Made by a program: the position numbers and the translations under genes
Part shown: piece after piece, positions 19,597 through 27,874 of the stretch
How positions within the stretch are numbered: position 1 is the stretch's first letter
Layout of the letters: each line of letters opens with the position of its first letter
IMG/VR virus record: IMGVR_UViG_3300022917_000019
Coordinates: 1 to 41,408 of that record
Length of the DNA stretch: 41,408 bases
DNA from: a virus
Lineage: Duplodnaviria; Caudoviricetes
Strand: one strand, 5' to 3'
The notes under the pieces: model-generated
The model's input: the letters and a program-made list of their open reading frames with translations, nothing else
Database searches by the model: none
What the model was told of the DNA's origin: nothing

Positions 19597-19827
19597 TCAG
19601 GAGAACAAGGACGGCTGCGCGATCAGGCCCTTGGCCGCGCGCTCGATACAGAGGCGGCACGCCCACTTGAACGCGCGTTCCGGCAGGGAGATGCCGTGGC
19701 CCCCGCCGCCCGTGCGGGTCATCACCCAGCCACTCGTCCACTGGTAGACGCCCTTGTCGCGCACGTCCAGGGCGGCGCCGCAGAAGGCGCACAGCGCCTT
19801 GTGCTGCTCGGGGATCGGCTGCGTCAT
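19597..19827 (-). CDS. Small zinc-finger protein
   Basis: CAFC...CRLC pairs. Confidence 0.55.
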   Translation of the reverse strand: MTQPIPEQHKALCAFCGAALDVRDKGVYQWTSGWVMTRTGGGGHGISLPERAFKWACRLCIERAAKGLIAQPSLFS

Positions 19828-19840
19828 CGGGACCGCCACG

Positions 19841-20014
19841 TCAGAACCCGCCCGCCAGCGCGGTGAGGACGACGACGGCCCCAGCCACACAGATCACGAA
19901 GACCACCACGTCGAGCACGGCGGTACGGAGCGACGAGACGGGCCGGGGCGGCGGCTGGTTGATCACGGTACGCATCCGGGTGCGCCAGGACAGATCCGGC
20001 TCGATGTCTCTCAT
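19841..20014 (-). CDS. Small membrane protein
   Basis: ATGA overlap; C-terminal hydrophobic helix 'AVLDVVVFVICVAGAVVVLTALAGGF'. Confidence 0.55.
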   Translation of the reverse strand: MRDIEPDLSWRTRMRTVINQPPPRPVSSLRTAVLDVVVFVICVAGAVVVLTALAGGF

Positions 20015-20223
20015 GGTTTCGGGACTCCAAACAGCGCCTCCATGTGGCGCGCAATCGCGGTCGTTTGATAGTCGATAGCGTCGGCCCACTGCCGGATGTC
20101 GGCCGCGATCCGTTGGTGCGTCAGCGCCCGTGGCCGATCCGTTTCGAGAAACGACGCCTGTTCTAACACGGTCGCCCGCTCGCGCATCTCGGCCACGGTG
20201 TCCAAGAGCGACGGGCGCGTCAT
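20011..20223 (-). CDS. Hypothetical protein
   Basis: ATGA overlaps on both sides; 70 aa, helical. Confidence 0.55.
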   Translation of the reverse strand: MTRPSLLDTVAEMRERATVLEQASFLETDRPRALTHQRIAADIRQWADAIDYQTTAIARHMEALFGVPKP

Positions 20224-20843
20224 GGTTCAATCCCTACACCCGACACAAGGCCGCGCAAGCCTTTCGCGCGGGCCGGATGACGTAGCCGAGACAGTGCCTT
20301 CGCCTCAATCTGCCGGATCTGCTCCTTCGTCACACCCTCTAGCTCTCCGACTGCTTCCAAAGTCATCGGCTCGCTTCCACCAAGACCGAAGCGGCGAGTA
20401 AGGACGCGCTCTTGTCGTGGGGTTAGGACGTGGAGCACCTGAGCGACAACCTGTGCAACTTCCTCTTGCACGAGATCATCTTCTTGGTTCGGCGCAATCG
20501 CCAACGTCCGCACCGCTGCCAGAGAGACAAACGCGCTCGCGTCGAGTTCCAAGGTCACTCGCGGCGAGACAACGGCCCGATAGAGCGCCACCGGAAACAG
20601 ATCCTCCACCGTGGTCTGACACAGATCCGCGAGTCGTTGCGCGAGCCGTGTCGGAACCGTGGTGCCGCCTGGGCGGTTCAACTTGAACGGCGACCGTCGC
20701 AGATTTAGTAGTCGCCCCACCGCGCACGCGCTGTAGGGTAAGCCGTTCGACCGGCAGAACGCATCAACGGACGGATACCGGTCGAAGATCGCGTGCCACA
20801 ACACGTTATTGCGCGCCCGCAGTTCCAGCCGTAGATCCTTCAT
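20220..20843 (-). CDS. XRE-like HTH fused to a sigma70 region-4 domain
   Basis: Start ATG 20843 after GAGG; C-terminal 'LTPRQERVLTRRFGL..MTLEAVG..GVTKEQIRQIEAKALSRLRHP' is RpoD region 4-like; N-terminal 'VDAFCRSNGL..AVGRLLN...LAQRLADLCQTTVEDLF' is HTH-like. Confidence 0.8.
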   Translation of the reverse strand: MKDLRLELRARNNVLWHAIFDRYPSVDAFCRSNGLPYSACAVGRLLNLRRSPFKLNRPGGTTVPTRLAQRLADLCQTTVEDLFPVALYRAVVSPRVTLELDASAFVSLAAVRTLAIAPNQEDDLVQEEVAQVVAQVLHVLTPRQERVLTRRFGLGGSEPMTLEAVGELEGVTKEQIRQIEAKALSRLRHPARAKGLRGLVSGVGIEP

Positions 20844-21088
20844 GTCCGCACCTCTGCGACCGGCGGCTGGCCCAACGGCCCGCCACACGTCTTGCACACC
20901 GTCGCGTCGTCCGGCCCCCAGGCGAAGCCCTCCCGCGCCCCCGGCGGCGCGCAGGCCGTATGGTAGGGCGTCCCGTCCGGGCCGACCGCGCCGCTCTCCA
21001 AGTGCAGGGCGAACAACTCCTGAATCGCGGCATGGCGCCGGGCCTCCTGTGCCGCCTCGCGGCGCCGCCGCCATGCCGATCCGCGCAT
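20840..21088 (-). CDS. Small Cys/His protein
   Basis: HTAC...CKTC; ATGA overlap with the downstream gene. Confidence 0.5.
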   Translation of the reverse strand: MRGSAWRRRREAAQEARRHAAIQELFALHLESGAVGPDGTPYHTACAPPGAREGFAWGPDDATVCKTCGGPLGQPPVAEVRT

Positions 21089-21090
21089 CG

Positions 21091-21546
21091 CTAGAACGGT
21101 ATCTCAGAGTCGTCCCCGAACGGGCTTGCCTCAGCCATCTCCTGACGCGGCGGCGGCGTGTAGCCCGCCCGGATGCGTGCGGCCCAGCCTCTAGCCCTCG
21201 ATGCATCCATCCGGTTCCAGCGCGCCTTCTTCTTCATCTCGGGATCCATGTCTGCCGCGTTCGTCTCCGCGAAGTAGTCGAGCCGTTCCGCGACGAGGTC
21301 GAGATACTCGGCGGGGCATTCGGAGTACTTCTTGCCGGTCATGGATGGCCCGGTCCAGTCGCGCGGGGACTTGGCCTTGATGTCGGGGTCACCGTAGGGG
21401 CTATCGAGTTCTTCGTCCGACGCAATGCGCGGGGCGTGCGCGTCGGCTTTGCGCGGCGGGCCGCTCGCCAGGAGCCCCGCGATAATCTCCAGCTTCGCGT
21501 CGATCGACTTCAAGACGCGCAGAGCGTCCTCACCTGTTGCGGCCAT
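21091..21546 (-). CDS. Putative single-stranded DNA-binding protein
   Basis: AAGGAG RBS; acidic C-terminal tail 'FGDDSEIPF'; next to the recombinase gene. The core does not look like a canonical OB-fold SSB. Confidence 0.5.
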   Translation of the reverse strand: MAATGEDALRVLKSIDAKLEIIAGLLASGPPRKADAHAPRIASDEELDSPYGDPDIKAKSPRDWTGPSMTGKKYSECPAEYLDLVAERLDYFAETNAADMDPEMKKKARWNRMDASRARGWAARIRAGYTPPPRQEMAEASPFGDDSEIPF

Positions 21547-21549
21547 TGT

Positions 21550-22236
21550 TTACTCCTTGCGGCGTGGTCGAGCCACGCGCCTGTTGTTCGCTTGTTCTTT
21601 CGCCGTGGCCCACCGGCAGTTGTCTGGCGCGTACGGGCCATCGTTATCGCGCCGGTCGAGCGAGTGCTGCGGAGATGGCCGATCGCCCATATCCGCCAGG
21701 AAGTGGTCAAACGAGTCGCGCCAGCGGTCGCACATCACAATCCCGCGCCCGCCATAGCGGTCGTACGCCGGATTCGCGGGGTTGTAGCAGCGCCCCTTCG
21801 CGCTCAGCCACGCCCGATGCGCTGGCGTGTGTGACCACCCGTGATCGGTCGCGGCCAGCGAGGCGAACTCTCGTTTCCAGCATCCACAGGACGTAGAGAG
21901 CCCGCGCCGAACATTACTCGCGTTCATCGTGATCTGACGCCCGCAGTCGCAGTGCATTAGTAGCGACGATCGCTTGTGGGTCTGTACGACCGATACGACG
22001 GTGAGGCGTCCGAACCGTTCACCGGCCGCGACCACGACGCGCGGACGCGGCGCATGACGCACCTCTCGCTGAAGACAGCCACACGATCGGGTATGTCCGT
22101 TCTTGAGATAGATCGCCCTCGTCCGAGACGTTCGGCCGCAGTCACACCGCACGCGCACCAGTAACGGGCGCGTGCCGGTCACCATCGAAGTCACCACGAG
22201 CCGTCCGAATCGACTACCGATGTCGGGCGTAAACAC
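21550..22236 (-). CDS. HNH-type homing endonuclease
   Basis: Duplicated 'FGRL.V...CDCG...SCGC' modules; 'RCYNP...YGGRGI.MCDRW.DSF..FLADMG.RP...SLDRRDNDGPYAPDNCRWAT..EQANNRR'. Confidence 0.9.
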   Translation of the reverse strand: MFTPDIGSRFGRLVVTSMVTGTRPLLVRVRCDCGRTSRTRAIYLKNGHTRSCGCLQREVRHAPRPRVVVAAGERFGRLTVVSVVQTHKRSSLLMHCDCGRQITMNASNVRRGLSTSCGCWKREFASLAATDHGWSHTPAHRAWLSAKGRCYNPANPAYDRYGGRGIVMCDRWRDSFDHFLADMGDRPSPQHSLDRRDNDGPYAPDNCRWATAKEQANNRRVARPRRKE

Positions 22237-22250
22237 ATAGCAACTATACG

Positions 22251-23843
22251 CTATTCGAGTTCTTCACGGGCGTAAATTCCGTGAATCACGTCAGGCCAGA
22301 TCAGCCGGGCCAGCTTGCCGCTCGCGCGGGCGACCAACATGTCGGCCGGATTCTTCGTCCACCCACTCCCCGGCTTCAGCAGACCCGCCTGCCGGGCCTC
22401 GTCAATCGTGTAGCTCAGGGCGATTTCCGGATCCCCCTTGCGCTTCCCGACGAAGGTCGCCCGTTCCGCTGTGCGCTCCGTGTTGCGGAAGTATTCCGCC
22501 TTGCCGCTCTGGAGCACGATCGCGCGGATCGCGTCGGCTTTCAACGCGGGCTTACCGTCGATCACATCGAACGCGCGGAGGCTATGCATCGTGGCGATGC
22601 CCATTTCGCGGCCCGCCAAGATCATCATCAGGACGCCTTGGGGCGTCCCGTAGGCGCCGAACAACTTTGAGGCGAACGCATATTTCGCGATCTTGATGGC
22701 GTCATCGATCGAGCGCGGTTCCAACTGCCGCTCATAGGCCACGTCGATCACCGCCAGAGCGGTCCCTGTCACGGATTCCTCCATCTCGTCAGGTACGGGC
22801 GTCGGCTCCACGACAGGCGCCGGGGGCGCCACGGGTTCCGGTGTCGGCTCCGCGACAGCCTCGATCGGGGCTTGGGGGGACGCCTGCCGGGGCGCCCGCC
22901 GCTTCGGCGCAGGCACGGCCACGGGGCCGGTTGTCGTCGCAGGGCTGGCCTGCACCGGCTCCGGGGCCTGCGTCGTCGTCGGCGGCGCCGCAGGCTGGCG
23001 CGGCAGGCCGGTTGGCGTATCGTGGCCGAACGGATCGGCTTCGTCCTCGATCGCGGGGTCGGTATCAAACGACGGCGTCGGCCGCTCGGTCGCAATCTCC
23101 TCAAACGGAATGGCTAGATCCGACCGCAGCCGCACCAAATTCCGCACGTCATCGACGCGCGACTGGAAGGTGTCGAGCGAGGCTTGAATGGCCGGGGTGA
23201 ACGTGTCGGGGTTGGCGTTCCAGGCCGCGTAGATGCCCTCCAAGCTGCCGTAGGCGCCCAGGAGCTTCGTCGCCGTCACCGGCCCGATCTTGTCAGCCCC
23301 ACGAATATTGTCTGAGGCGTCTCCGACAAGACACAAGTAGTCGTGGATCTGATGCGGCTCGACGCCGAACTTGGCCTTCACTATCGCGGCGTCGATGATG
23401 CTCCCGTCCTTGAGGCTCTTGATCGTGACGCGATCGTTGACCAGGGCGAGCAGATCCTTGTCGGCGCTGACAATCTGCACGTCTGTGTCTGGAATCTTCA
23501 GCGCCTCGGCGGTCGCGGTCGCGATCACGTCGTCTGCCTCATAGCCCTCCACGCTCCAGACCGGATAGCCCTCCTTCTTCAGCGTCTCGATCGCCACGTC
23601 CATCTGGTGGTAGAGCGTGGCCCGGTCCTCGCCCTTGCGCTGCGCCTTATAGGTCGGGTCCATCTCGCGGCGGATGGACTTCTTACTGTCCACGGCGATC
23701 GCCACGGTCGGCTGACCGTGCGACAGCGCATGGATCCGGTCGAGCGTCTGGATCGACGTGGCGTTGGGGTTCGGATCACTCGCCGTGACGTGCCAGAGGG
23801 GGTACGCGATGCTGGGAAAATCAATGAGCAGGACAGTACTCAT
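22251..23843 (-). CDS. 5'-3' exonuclease (FEN/PolI-type) fused to a RecT/Red-beta-like single-strand annealing domain
   Basis: N-terminal LLID, YKAQRK, EGYEADDVIAT, SADKDL, LVGDASDNIRG..KIGP motifs; Pro/Ala linker; C-terminal 'ILAGREMGI...VIDGKP...YTIDEARQAGL...WTKNPADMLVARA...WPDVIHGIYAREE'. Confidence 0.85.
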   Translation of the reverse strand: MSTVLLIDFPSIAYPLWHVTASDPNPNATSIQTLDRIHALSHGQPTVAIAVDSKKSIRREMDPTYKAQRKGEDRATLYHQMDVAIETLKKEGYPVWSVEGYEADDVIATATAEALKIPDTDVQIVSADKDLLALVNDRVTIKSLKDGSIIDAAIVKAKFGVEPHQIHDYLCLVGDASDNIRGADKIGPVTATKLLGAYGSLEGIYAAWNANPDTFTPAIQASLDTFQSRVDDVRNLVRLRSDLAIPFEEIATERPTPSFDTDPAIEDEADPFGHDTPTGLPRQPAAPPTTTQAPEPVQASPATTTGPVAVPAPKRRAPRQASPQAPIEAVAEPTPEPVAPPAPVVEPTPVPDEMEESVTGTALAVIDVAYERQLEPRSIDDAIKIAKYAFASKLFGAYGTPQGVLMMILAGREMGIATMHSLRAFDVIDGKPALKADAIRAIVLQSGKAEYFRNTERTAERATFVGKRKGDPEIALSYTIDEARQAGLLKPGSGWTKNPADMLVARASGKLARLIWPDVIHGIYAREELE

Positions 23844-23845
23844 GG

Positions 23846-24097
23846 CTAATGTTTCGGCTCCTGTTCGGCGGACAGCGTTTCGTGGACGAGATACAGGTGG
23901 ATAAGGGCGGCGCCCGTCGAGGACGCCCCGGCCAGTTCGGTGCAGTCCTGCTCATTCAGGACGAGGACTTCGCGCACCTTGCCGTTCGCGGCGTAGACAA
24001 CCAGTTCCATCGTGGCTTCCGTGCGGCCGACCTGGAGGGCCAGCGAACGCTTGGCGCCCGTCGTGACGCGCCTGACCGAATGCGGCATACCGGGCAT
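23846..24097 (-). CDS. Hypothetical protein
   Basis: First ORF of the leftward recombination operon; stop lies 2 nt before the next start. Confidence 0.5.
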   Translation of the reverse strand: MPGMPHSVRRVTTGAKRSLALQVGRTEATMELVVYAANGKVREVLVLNEQDCTELAGASSTGAALIHLYLVHETLSAEQEPKH

Positions 24098-24138
24098 CCT
24101 CGCATAAGGGGATCTACCCTGTCAAGCGGATCCGGGTA

Positions 24139-24168
24139 TTGACGTATTTAGGGTGAGTGGCGTAGGCT
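24139..24168 (+). promoter_or_regulatory. Sigma70-type promoter for the HTH gene, probably leaderless
   Basis: TTGACG-N18-TAGGCT, with the ATG 6 nt downstream; a divergent TTGACA lies on the - strand at 24120-24125. Confidence 0.55.
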
Positions 24169-24174
24169 CCCCGT

Positions 24175-24369
24175 ATGACGCACGACACGGAAGATCCCCT
24201 CGCTGTCCTCCGCGAACTGGCGAAGCAAGCCGGATCGCAGCAGAAGCTCGCCAAACGGCTCGGCTACCGACCGGCCTATCTGAGCGATGTCCTGAACCGG
24301 CGGCGCGACGTGACCGACAAGATGCTGGCGAAGATCGGTCTGCGCCGGATCGTGGTACGGGTCCGGTAA
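24175..24369 (+). CDS. Cro/XRE-like HTH regulator
   Basis: 'GSQQKLAKRLGYRPAYLSDVLNRRRD...LAKIGL'; 64 aa. Confidence 0.88.
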   Translation: MTHDTEDPLAVLRELAKQAGSQQKLAKRLGYRPAYLSDVLNRRRDVTDKMLAKIGLRRIVVRVR

Positions 24370-24566
24370 TGAAGCAGGACAAGCAGGACGTGGTTGCCGC
24401 GCATCCACTCTTTCTCTCGAAAGGGTATGGGTGGTGGGCGATTGAATTGTCCTGTGGCCATACCTATGCTGTGCTGCATGGCCCGACGAGCCCGCTGCGC
24501 GCGCACGTTCGTTGGTGCAATATGTGTGAGGCAGATCGTCGTGAGCGCCAGGAGGCTCAGGCATGA
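24369..24566 (+). CDS. Small Cys-containing protein
   Basis: TAATG coupling; 'LSCGH...CNMC'. Confidence 0.6.
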   Translation: MKQDKQDVVAAHPLFLSKGYGWWAIELSCGHTYAVLHGPTSPLRAHVRWCNMCEADRRERQEAQA

Positions 24567-24859
24567 GCGGCCAGCCGTGCGGCTGTGACCCGGAAGCGGC
24601 CTGGGTCTGCGAGCGGCATCGCTGCGCGACGTGCGGCGCCTACGCGGGCGAGGCGCGACTGTGCGTGACGTGCGCGGCAGCGATCACGCGGCGCGATTCG
24701 GACGGACAGGTGCGGCCCCCGGCTGTCCCTGATCCGCGTTCCTACGACGAACGGATCAGGGACAGCCAGTCGGGCGCGCTTACTTCGGCTGCGCCGTCGG
24801 CGGCAGCGACTGATCCGGTACCAAGATCAGCCCCACCCCGGGCCGTTCGCCCGGATTGA
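24563..24859 (+). CDS. Small zinc-finger protein
   Basis: AGGAGG RBS; 'CGCDPEA..VCERH.CATC...CVTC'. Confidence 0.55.
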   Translation: MSGQPCGCDPEAAWVCERHRCATCGAYAGEARLCVTCAAAITRRDSDGQVRPPAVPDPRSYDERIRDSQSGALTSAAPSAAATDPVPRSAPPRAVRPD

Positions 24860-25200
24860 AGAACGCGATCACCGCGAATCTGGATTCCATGTCCTATCCC
24901 CTCCCTCGTCAAAGCCAAGCCCGTCCGCCGACCCCCGCGAACCGGCACCCGTGGCCGTTTCTGGGGCAGTGTGTGGCGTGTGGATTGGAAACGCCGACAG
25001 TCTACCGGGGCGGCTGGGTGTTCGCCCAGGCGCGGCTGTTCGTGCATCGCTGCGAACGAAAAGCGTGTGCCGACTGTGCCGTAGCGATCGCTAAGGGATG
25101 GCTGGTCCAGCGGGTCAGCGAGGCGCAGATCCGCGACGGCCGCGCGCTCGATGTTGTCGCAGGGCGACTCTGGGCGATGGGTCAACCGGCGCGCGGGTAG
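24856..25200 (+). CDS. Hypothetical Cys-rich protein
   Basis: CVAC...CADC; start uncertain (TTG 24856 or ATG 24889). Confidence 0.45.
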   Translation: MKNAITANLDSMSYPLPRQSQARPPTPANRHPWPFLGQCVACGLETPTVYRGGWVFAQARLFVHRCERKACADCAVAIAKGWLVQRVSEAQIRDGRALDVVAGRLWAMGQPARG

Positions 25201-25327
25201 CGACGTACGGCCCCGGCGCGGGCCAGTCCTCGACTGGCGGGCACGGGCAATCGTGCGCGTGCATCCCGTGAATGGTGCAGAAGTAGTTTTCGCAGCCATC
25301 GCACGGCACCCAGGCGGGACGCGCCAT
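25115..25327 (-). CDS. Small zinc-binding protein
   Basis: Starts immediately after the primase stop; 'CDGCENYFCTIHGMHAHDCPCP'. Confidence 0.6.
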   Translation of the reverse strand: MARPAWVPCDGCENYFCTIHGMHAHDCPCPPVEDWPAPGPYVATRAPVDPSPRVALRQHRARGRRGSAPR

Positions 25328-27085
25328 TTACTGGGACCGGCGAAACTTCCAACTCGTGCGACCGACGATGCTTTCTTCCACTCGGTCCACGCCGGGGCGC
25401 CCGTGGAGCGCCTTGCTGACGGCGCGCTTGGCGGATCCCGTGGCCTTGTTCGCGGACGTGGCGAGCCCGGCGCGGCAGGCAATCGCGGCAACCCCGGCCC
25501 ACTCGTCGGTCAGCGCGCCGGTTTCGACAATCAGCGCCCAGGTCGTTTCGACGTGCGCGGATTTACTCTCCTCCTCCACAACGTAGCGGCCTGTCTCCAA
25601 GTCGTAGTCGATCGTCATGGGCGACAGTTGGACGAACCGGCCTTTGCCTGACAACCGGCGCCGGGTGGCAAACGTGTCGCGCCCCGCGTAGCGCAGCGAC
25701 AGCATGAAGTCAGCGGCCCCGGCCGCAGCGGAGGCGCCCCGCAGCGCCTTCGTGGGATCGGCGTCGTCGGTTTGGTCTTCGCTTTTCCCGGCGTGCGCGT
25801 CCACGAGCCACGGGATCTTCGTCTCGCGGGTCGCCAGCTTTACGTTCTCGACCACCGCCACGGATCCCGCGTTGTCGTTTTCATCCTTCACGAGCGTACT
25901 GATCACGGCCTGCCACGAGGCAATGATCACCAACCCATAGCCGCCATGCTTGACCGTCGCCACGATCAAGGCCAACCCTTCGGCGTTCAACTGGATCGGG
26001 GCGCGGCTGAATGTGATTTGACCGGGCGGCACGTCGAGATGCCGCGCGAGGTAGGCCACATACTCCGGGGGATCCTCAGCGGCAATCACGAGTACCTTGC
26101 GCGCCCGCGTGACCTCGCGGCCCAGGAACTCCCCGCCAGTCGCCACGCATTCCGCCAGGAACAGCCCCAGGCTGCTCTTGCCGACCTTCGCGCTGGCGAC
26201 GAGGAACCCCAGCATGCCGTAATCAGGCACGATCCCGTCCACGACATAGTCGATGCCGTCCTGCTCGATTTTCTGACCTTCGGCGGCGACGACATTGGCA
26301 TCATCGAGGTTGAGGAGGAGCGCGGGTGGCGGCGGCTTGAGCGCGGCTTCTAGGTCTTCGGGGGTGTGGGTCTTCAGCCAGTCGGCGGCGTCCCCGGCAT
26401 CCGGCAGGCCGGGCAGAATGACCCGACGTGTCACGATGCTGTGCTTGGCGGCGCTGACCTCAACCGTCACCGCGTGCGCGGTCCCCGGCGCGTCGTGGTC
26501 GGGCAGGATCACGAACGAGGTAAAGCCCGCGTCCTTCAGAGCTTGGGTATCACTGTCGCGCCACTTCCCGGCCCCGCCACTGTTCGTGGTCGCGGTAAAG
26601 CCCGCCTTCATCAGCGCGTCTACGGTCTTTTCGCCTTCGACCACCAGCACACTCGGCCCGCCGATCGCGGCCAACTCGGGGAGGCGGTAGGGGAGGGGCG
26701 CGATGCCTTTCAGGCTCCACGTCCCATCGGCGGCGCGCTGGCGAATCACCTTCCCCTGAGTCGCGGTCGCATCGCGGCGATACACCCGGTACCGCAGCGT
26801 GCCGTCTCGATCGCGGTACTCATAAATATGGTCCCAGGTTTCTGGCTTGTGGCCGTTCGTGGACTGCGGGAGCACGTCGCCCCACGTCAGGCCGACCGCT
26901 GAGAGGATGTCGCCGGTCTGGCAGTGGTGCGAGCGGCACTGGAACAGCGGCGTGCCGCTGTCGCCTTCCGCGATGTCGAGACTGGGATCGGTATCACCGT
27001 GGACGGGACAGAGCGTTCTGAAGTTGTGGCCGTGCCATGTGCCCTGTCCGAAGCGTGCTAGTACGTCGTCAAACGTCACGGTCAT
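25328..27085 (-). CDS. DNA primase-helicase (Zn-binding + TOPRIM + AAA/RepA-like)
   Basis: 'CPVHGD..PSL...CRSHHC'; 'VLVVEGEKTVDAL', 'ILPDHD..G', 'GDAADW'; Walker A 'ASAKVGKS'; 'LRGASA'. ATG start 27085. Confidence 0.9.
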   Translation of the reverse strand: MTVTFDDVLARFGQGTWHGHNFRTLCPVHGDTDPSLDIAEGDSGTPLFQCRSHHCQTGDILSAVGLTWGDVLPQSTNGHKPETWDHIYEYRDRDGTLRYRVYRRDATATQGKVIRQRAADGTWSLKGIAPLPYRLPELAAIGGPSVLVVEGEKTVDALMKAGFTATTNSGGAGKWRDSDTQALKDAGFTSFVILPDHDAPGTAHAVTVEVSAAKHSIVTRRVILPGLPDAGDAADWLKTHTPEDLEAALKPPPPALLLNLDDANVVAAEGQKIEQDGIDYVVDGIVPDYGMLGFLVASAKVGKSSLGLFLAECVATGGEFLGREVTRARKVLVIAAEDPPEYVAYLARHLDVPPGQITFSRAPIQLNAEGLALIVATVKHGGYGLVIIASWQAVISTLVKDENDNAGSVAVVENVKLATRETKIPWLVDAHAGKSEDQTDDADPTKALRGASAAAGAADFMLSLRYAGRDTFATRRRLSGKGRFVQLSPMTIDYDLETGRYVVEEESKSAHVETTWALIVETGALTDEWAGVAAIACRAGLATSANKATGSAKRAVSKALHGRPGVDRVEESIVGRTSWKFRRSQ

Positions 27086-27195
27086 TGGCGGTACCCCGGC
27101 CACACGGTCAGGACGAAACGAGCGAGCCTCAGCGCGTGACGCTCAGGGAGGCGCCAGAGCGCAAACTCAATCAGGTGTCGGGCTGTACGGGTCAC
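27082..27195 (-). CDS. 37-aa leader ORF translationally coupled to the primase
   Basis: AGGAGG then GTG; MTRTARHLIEFALWRLPERHALRLARFVLTVWPGYRQ; its TGA overlaps the primase ATG (ATGA). Below the ORF-track cutoff. Confidence 0.55.
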   Translation of the reverse strand: MTRTARHLIEFALWRLPERHALRLARFVLTVWPGYRQ

Positions 27196-27201
27196 GCGTG
27201 G

Positions 27202-27340
27202 CCCCTCCTAAGTAGGGGAAAACTGCTGGGCCAACCCACGACTAGGACGCAGGTTGCGCGCGAGGCGACTTCGGCCGAAGCGCCCAGCAGTCAGGAACGA
27301 TACGACAGATCAACGCGGTCTAGTACGACGCAAAATGTTG
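27202..27340 (-). ncRNA. Candidate structured cis-regulatory RNA
   Basis: A 10-bp closing stem encloses two hairpins (G-U pairs favour the - strand), followed by UUUU and an SD-containing hairpin. Confidence 0.45.
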
Positions 27341-27413
27341 GGGTATTCCCGCTTGCTCACGCTACGCGATCCGTAATTCCCGCAGATCGTCCACGGTGTT
27401 CTACGGAGCGCCG

Positions 27414-27872
27414 CTACGTGCTATTGCGATCACTCCAGACGCACGCGCACGCCAAGGCGCTCCACGCATCACCCGACACCTTGTAGAGCGGACCGCCTTT
27501 CTTGATGGCTGACGAACCACCGAAGCGGTCGATGAGGGACTGTCTGATACTGGCGTCGTTCGCACGGGGTTGCCCACATAGGGCCAACTTCACGGTCGCG
27601 CGCGTGATGCGATGGCAGGGGAAGCCTCGGCGGGTCCATTCCTGCTCAAACCGTCCCGCGTACCGCACGGTTTCAAAGATTTCTTCGCCTACGGGCATGC
27701 CATACGAGGCCACGCGCTCGATGACGAGTACGTCGGTCGGCGCGGCGTCGTAGCAGTGCAGATAGGCCAGGATCCAATCATTCCCGGCGCGATGGTGCGA
27801 ACAGAGCCCAACAGCCGGGTCATACAGCACAAGCGCGCTGTGAGTGGTCCCTGGATCAATGGCGAGAAGCAC
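27414..27872 (-). CDS. RuvC-like Holliday junction resolvase
   Basis: 'LLAIDPGTTHSA', 'VIERVASYGM', 'VKLALCG', 'DAWSALACA'; the start may be 27887. Confidence 0.85.
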   Translation of the reverse strand: MLLAIDPGTTHSALVLYDPAVGLCSHHRAGNDWILAYLHCYDAAPTDVLVIERVASYGMPVGEEIFETVRYAGRFEQEWTRRGFPCHRITRATVKLALCGQPRANDASIRQSLIDRFGGSSAIKKGGPLYKVSGDAWSALACACVWSDRNST

Positions 27873-27874
27873 TT

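Noticed and set aside
20844-21206. N-terminal extensions in the ORF track (20220-21206, 14124, 34146, 35072, 36962, 39832)
   Set aside because: The extensions overlap other credible genes; downstream starts have RBSs or stop/start coupling, so these are not real fusions.
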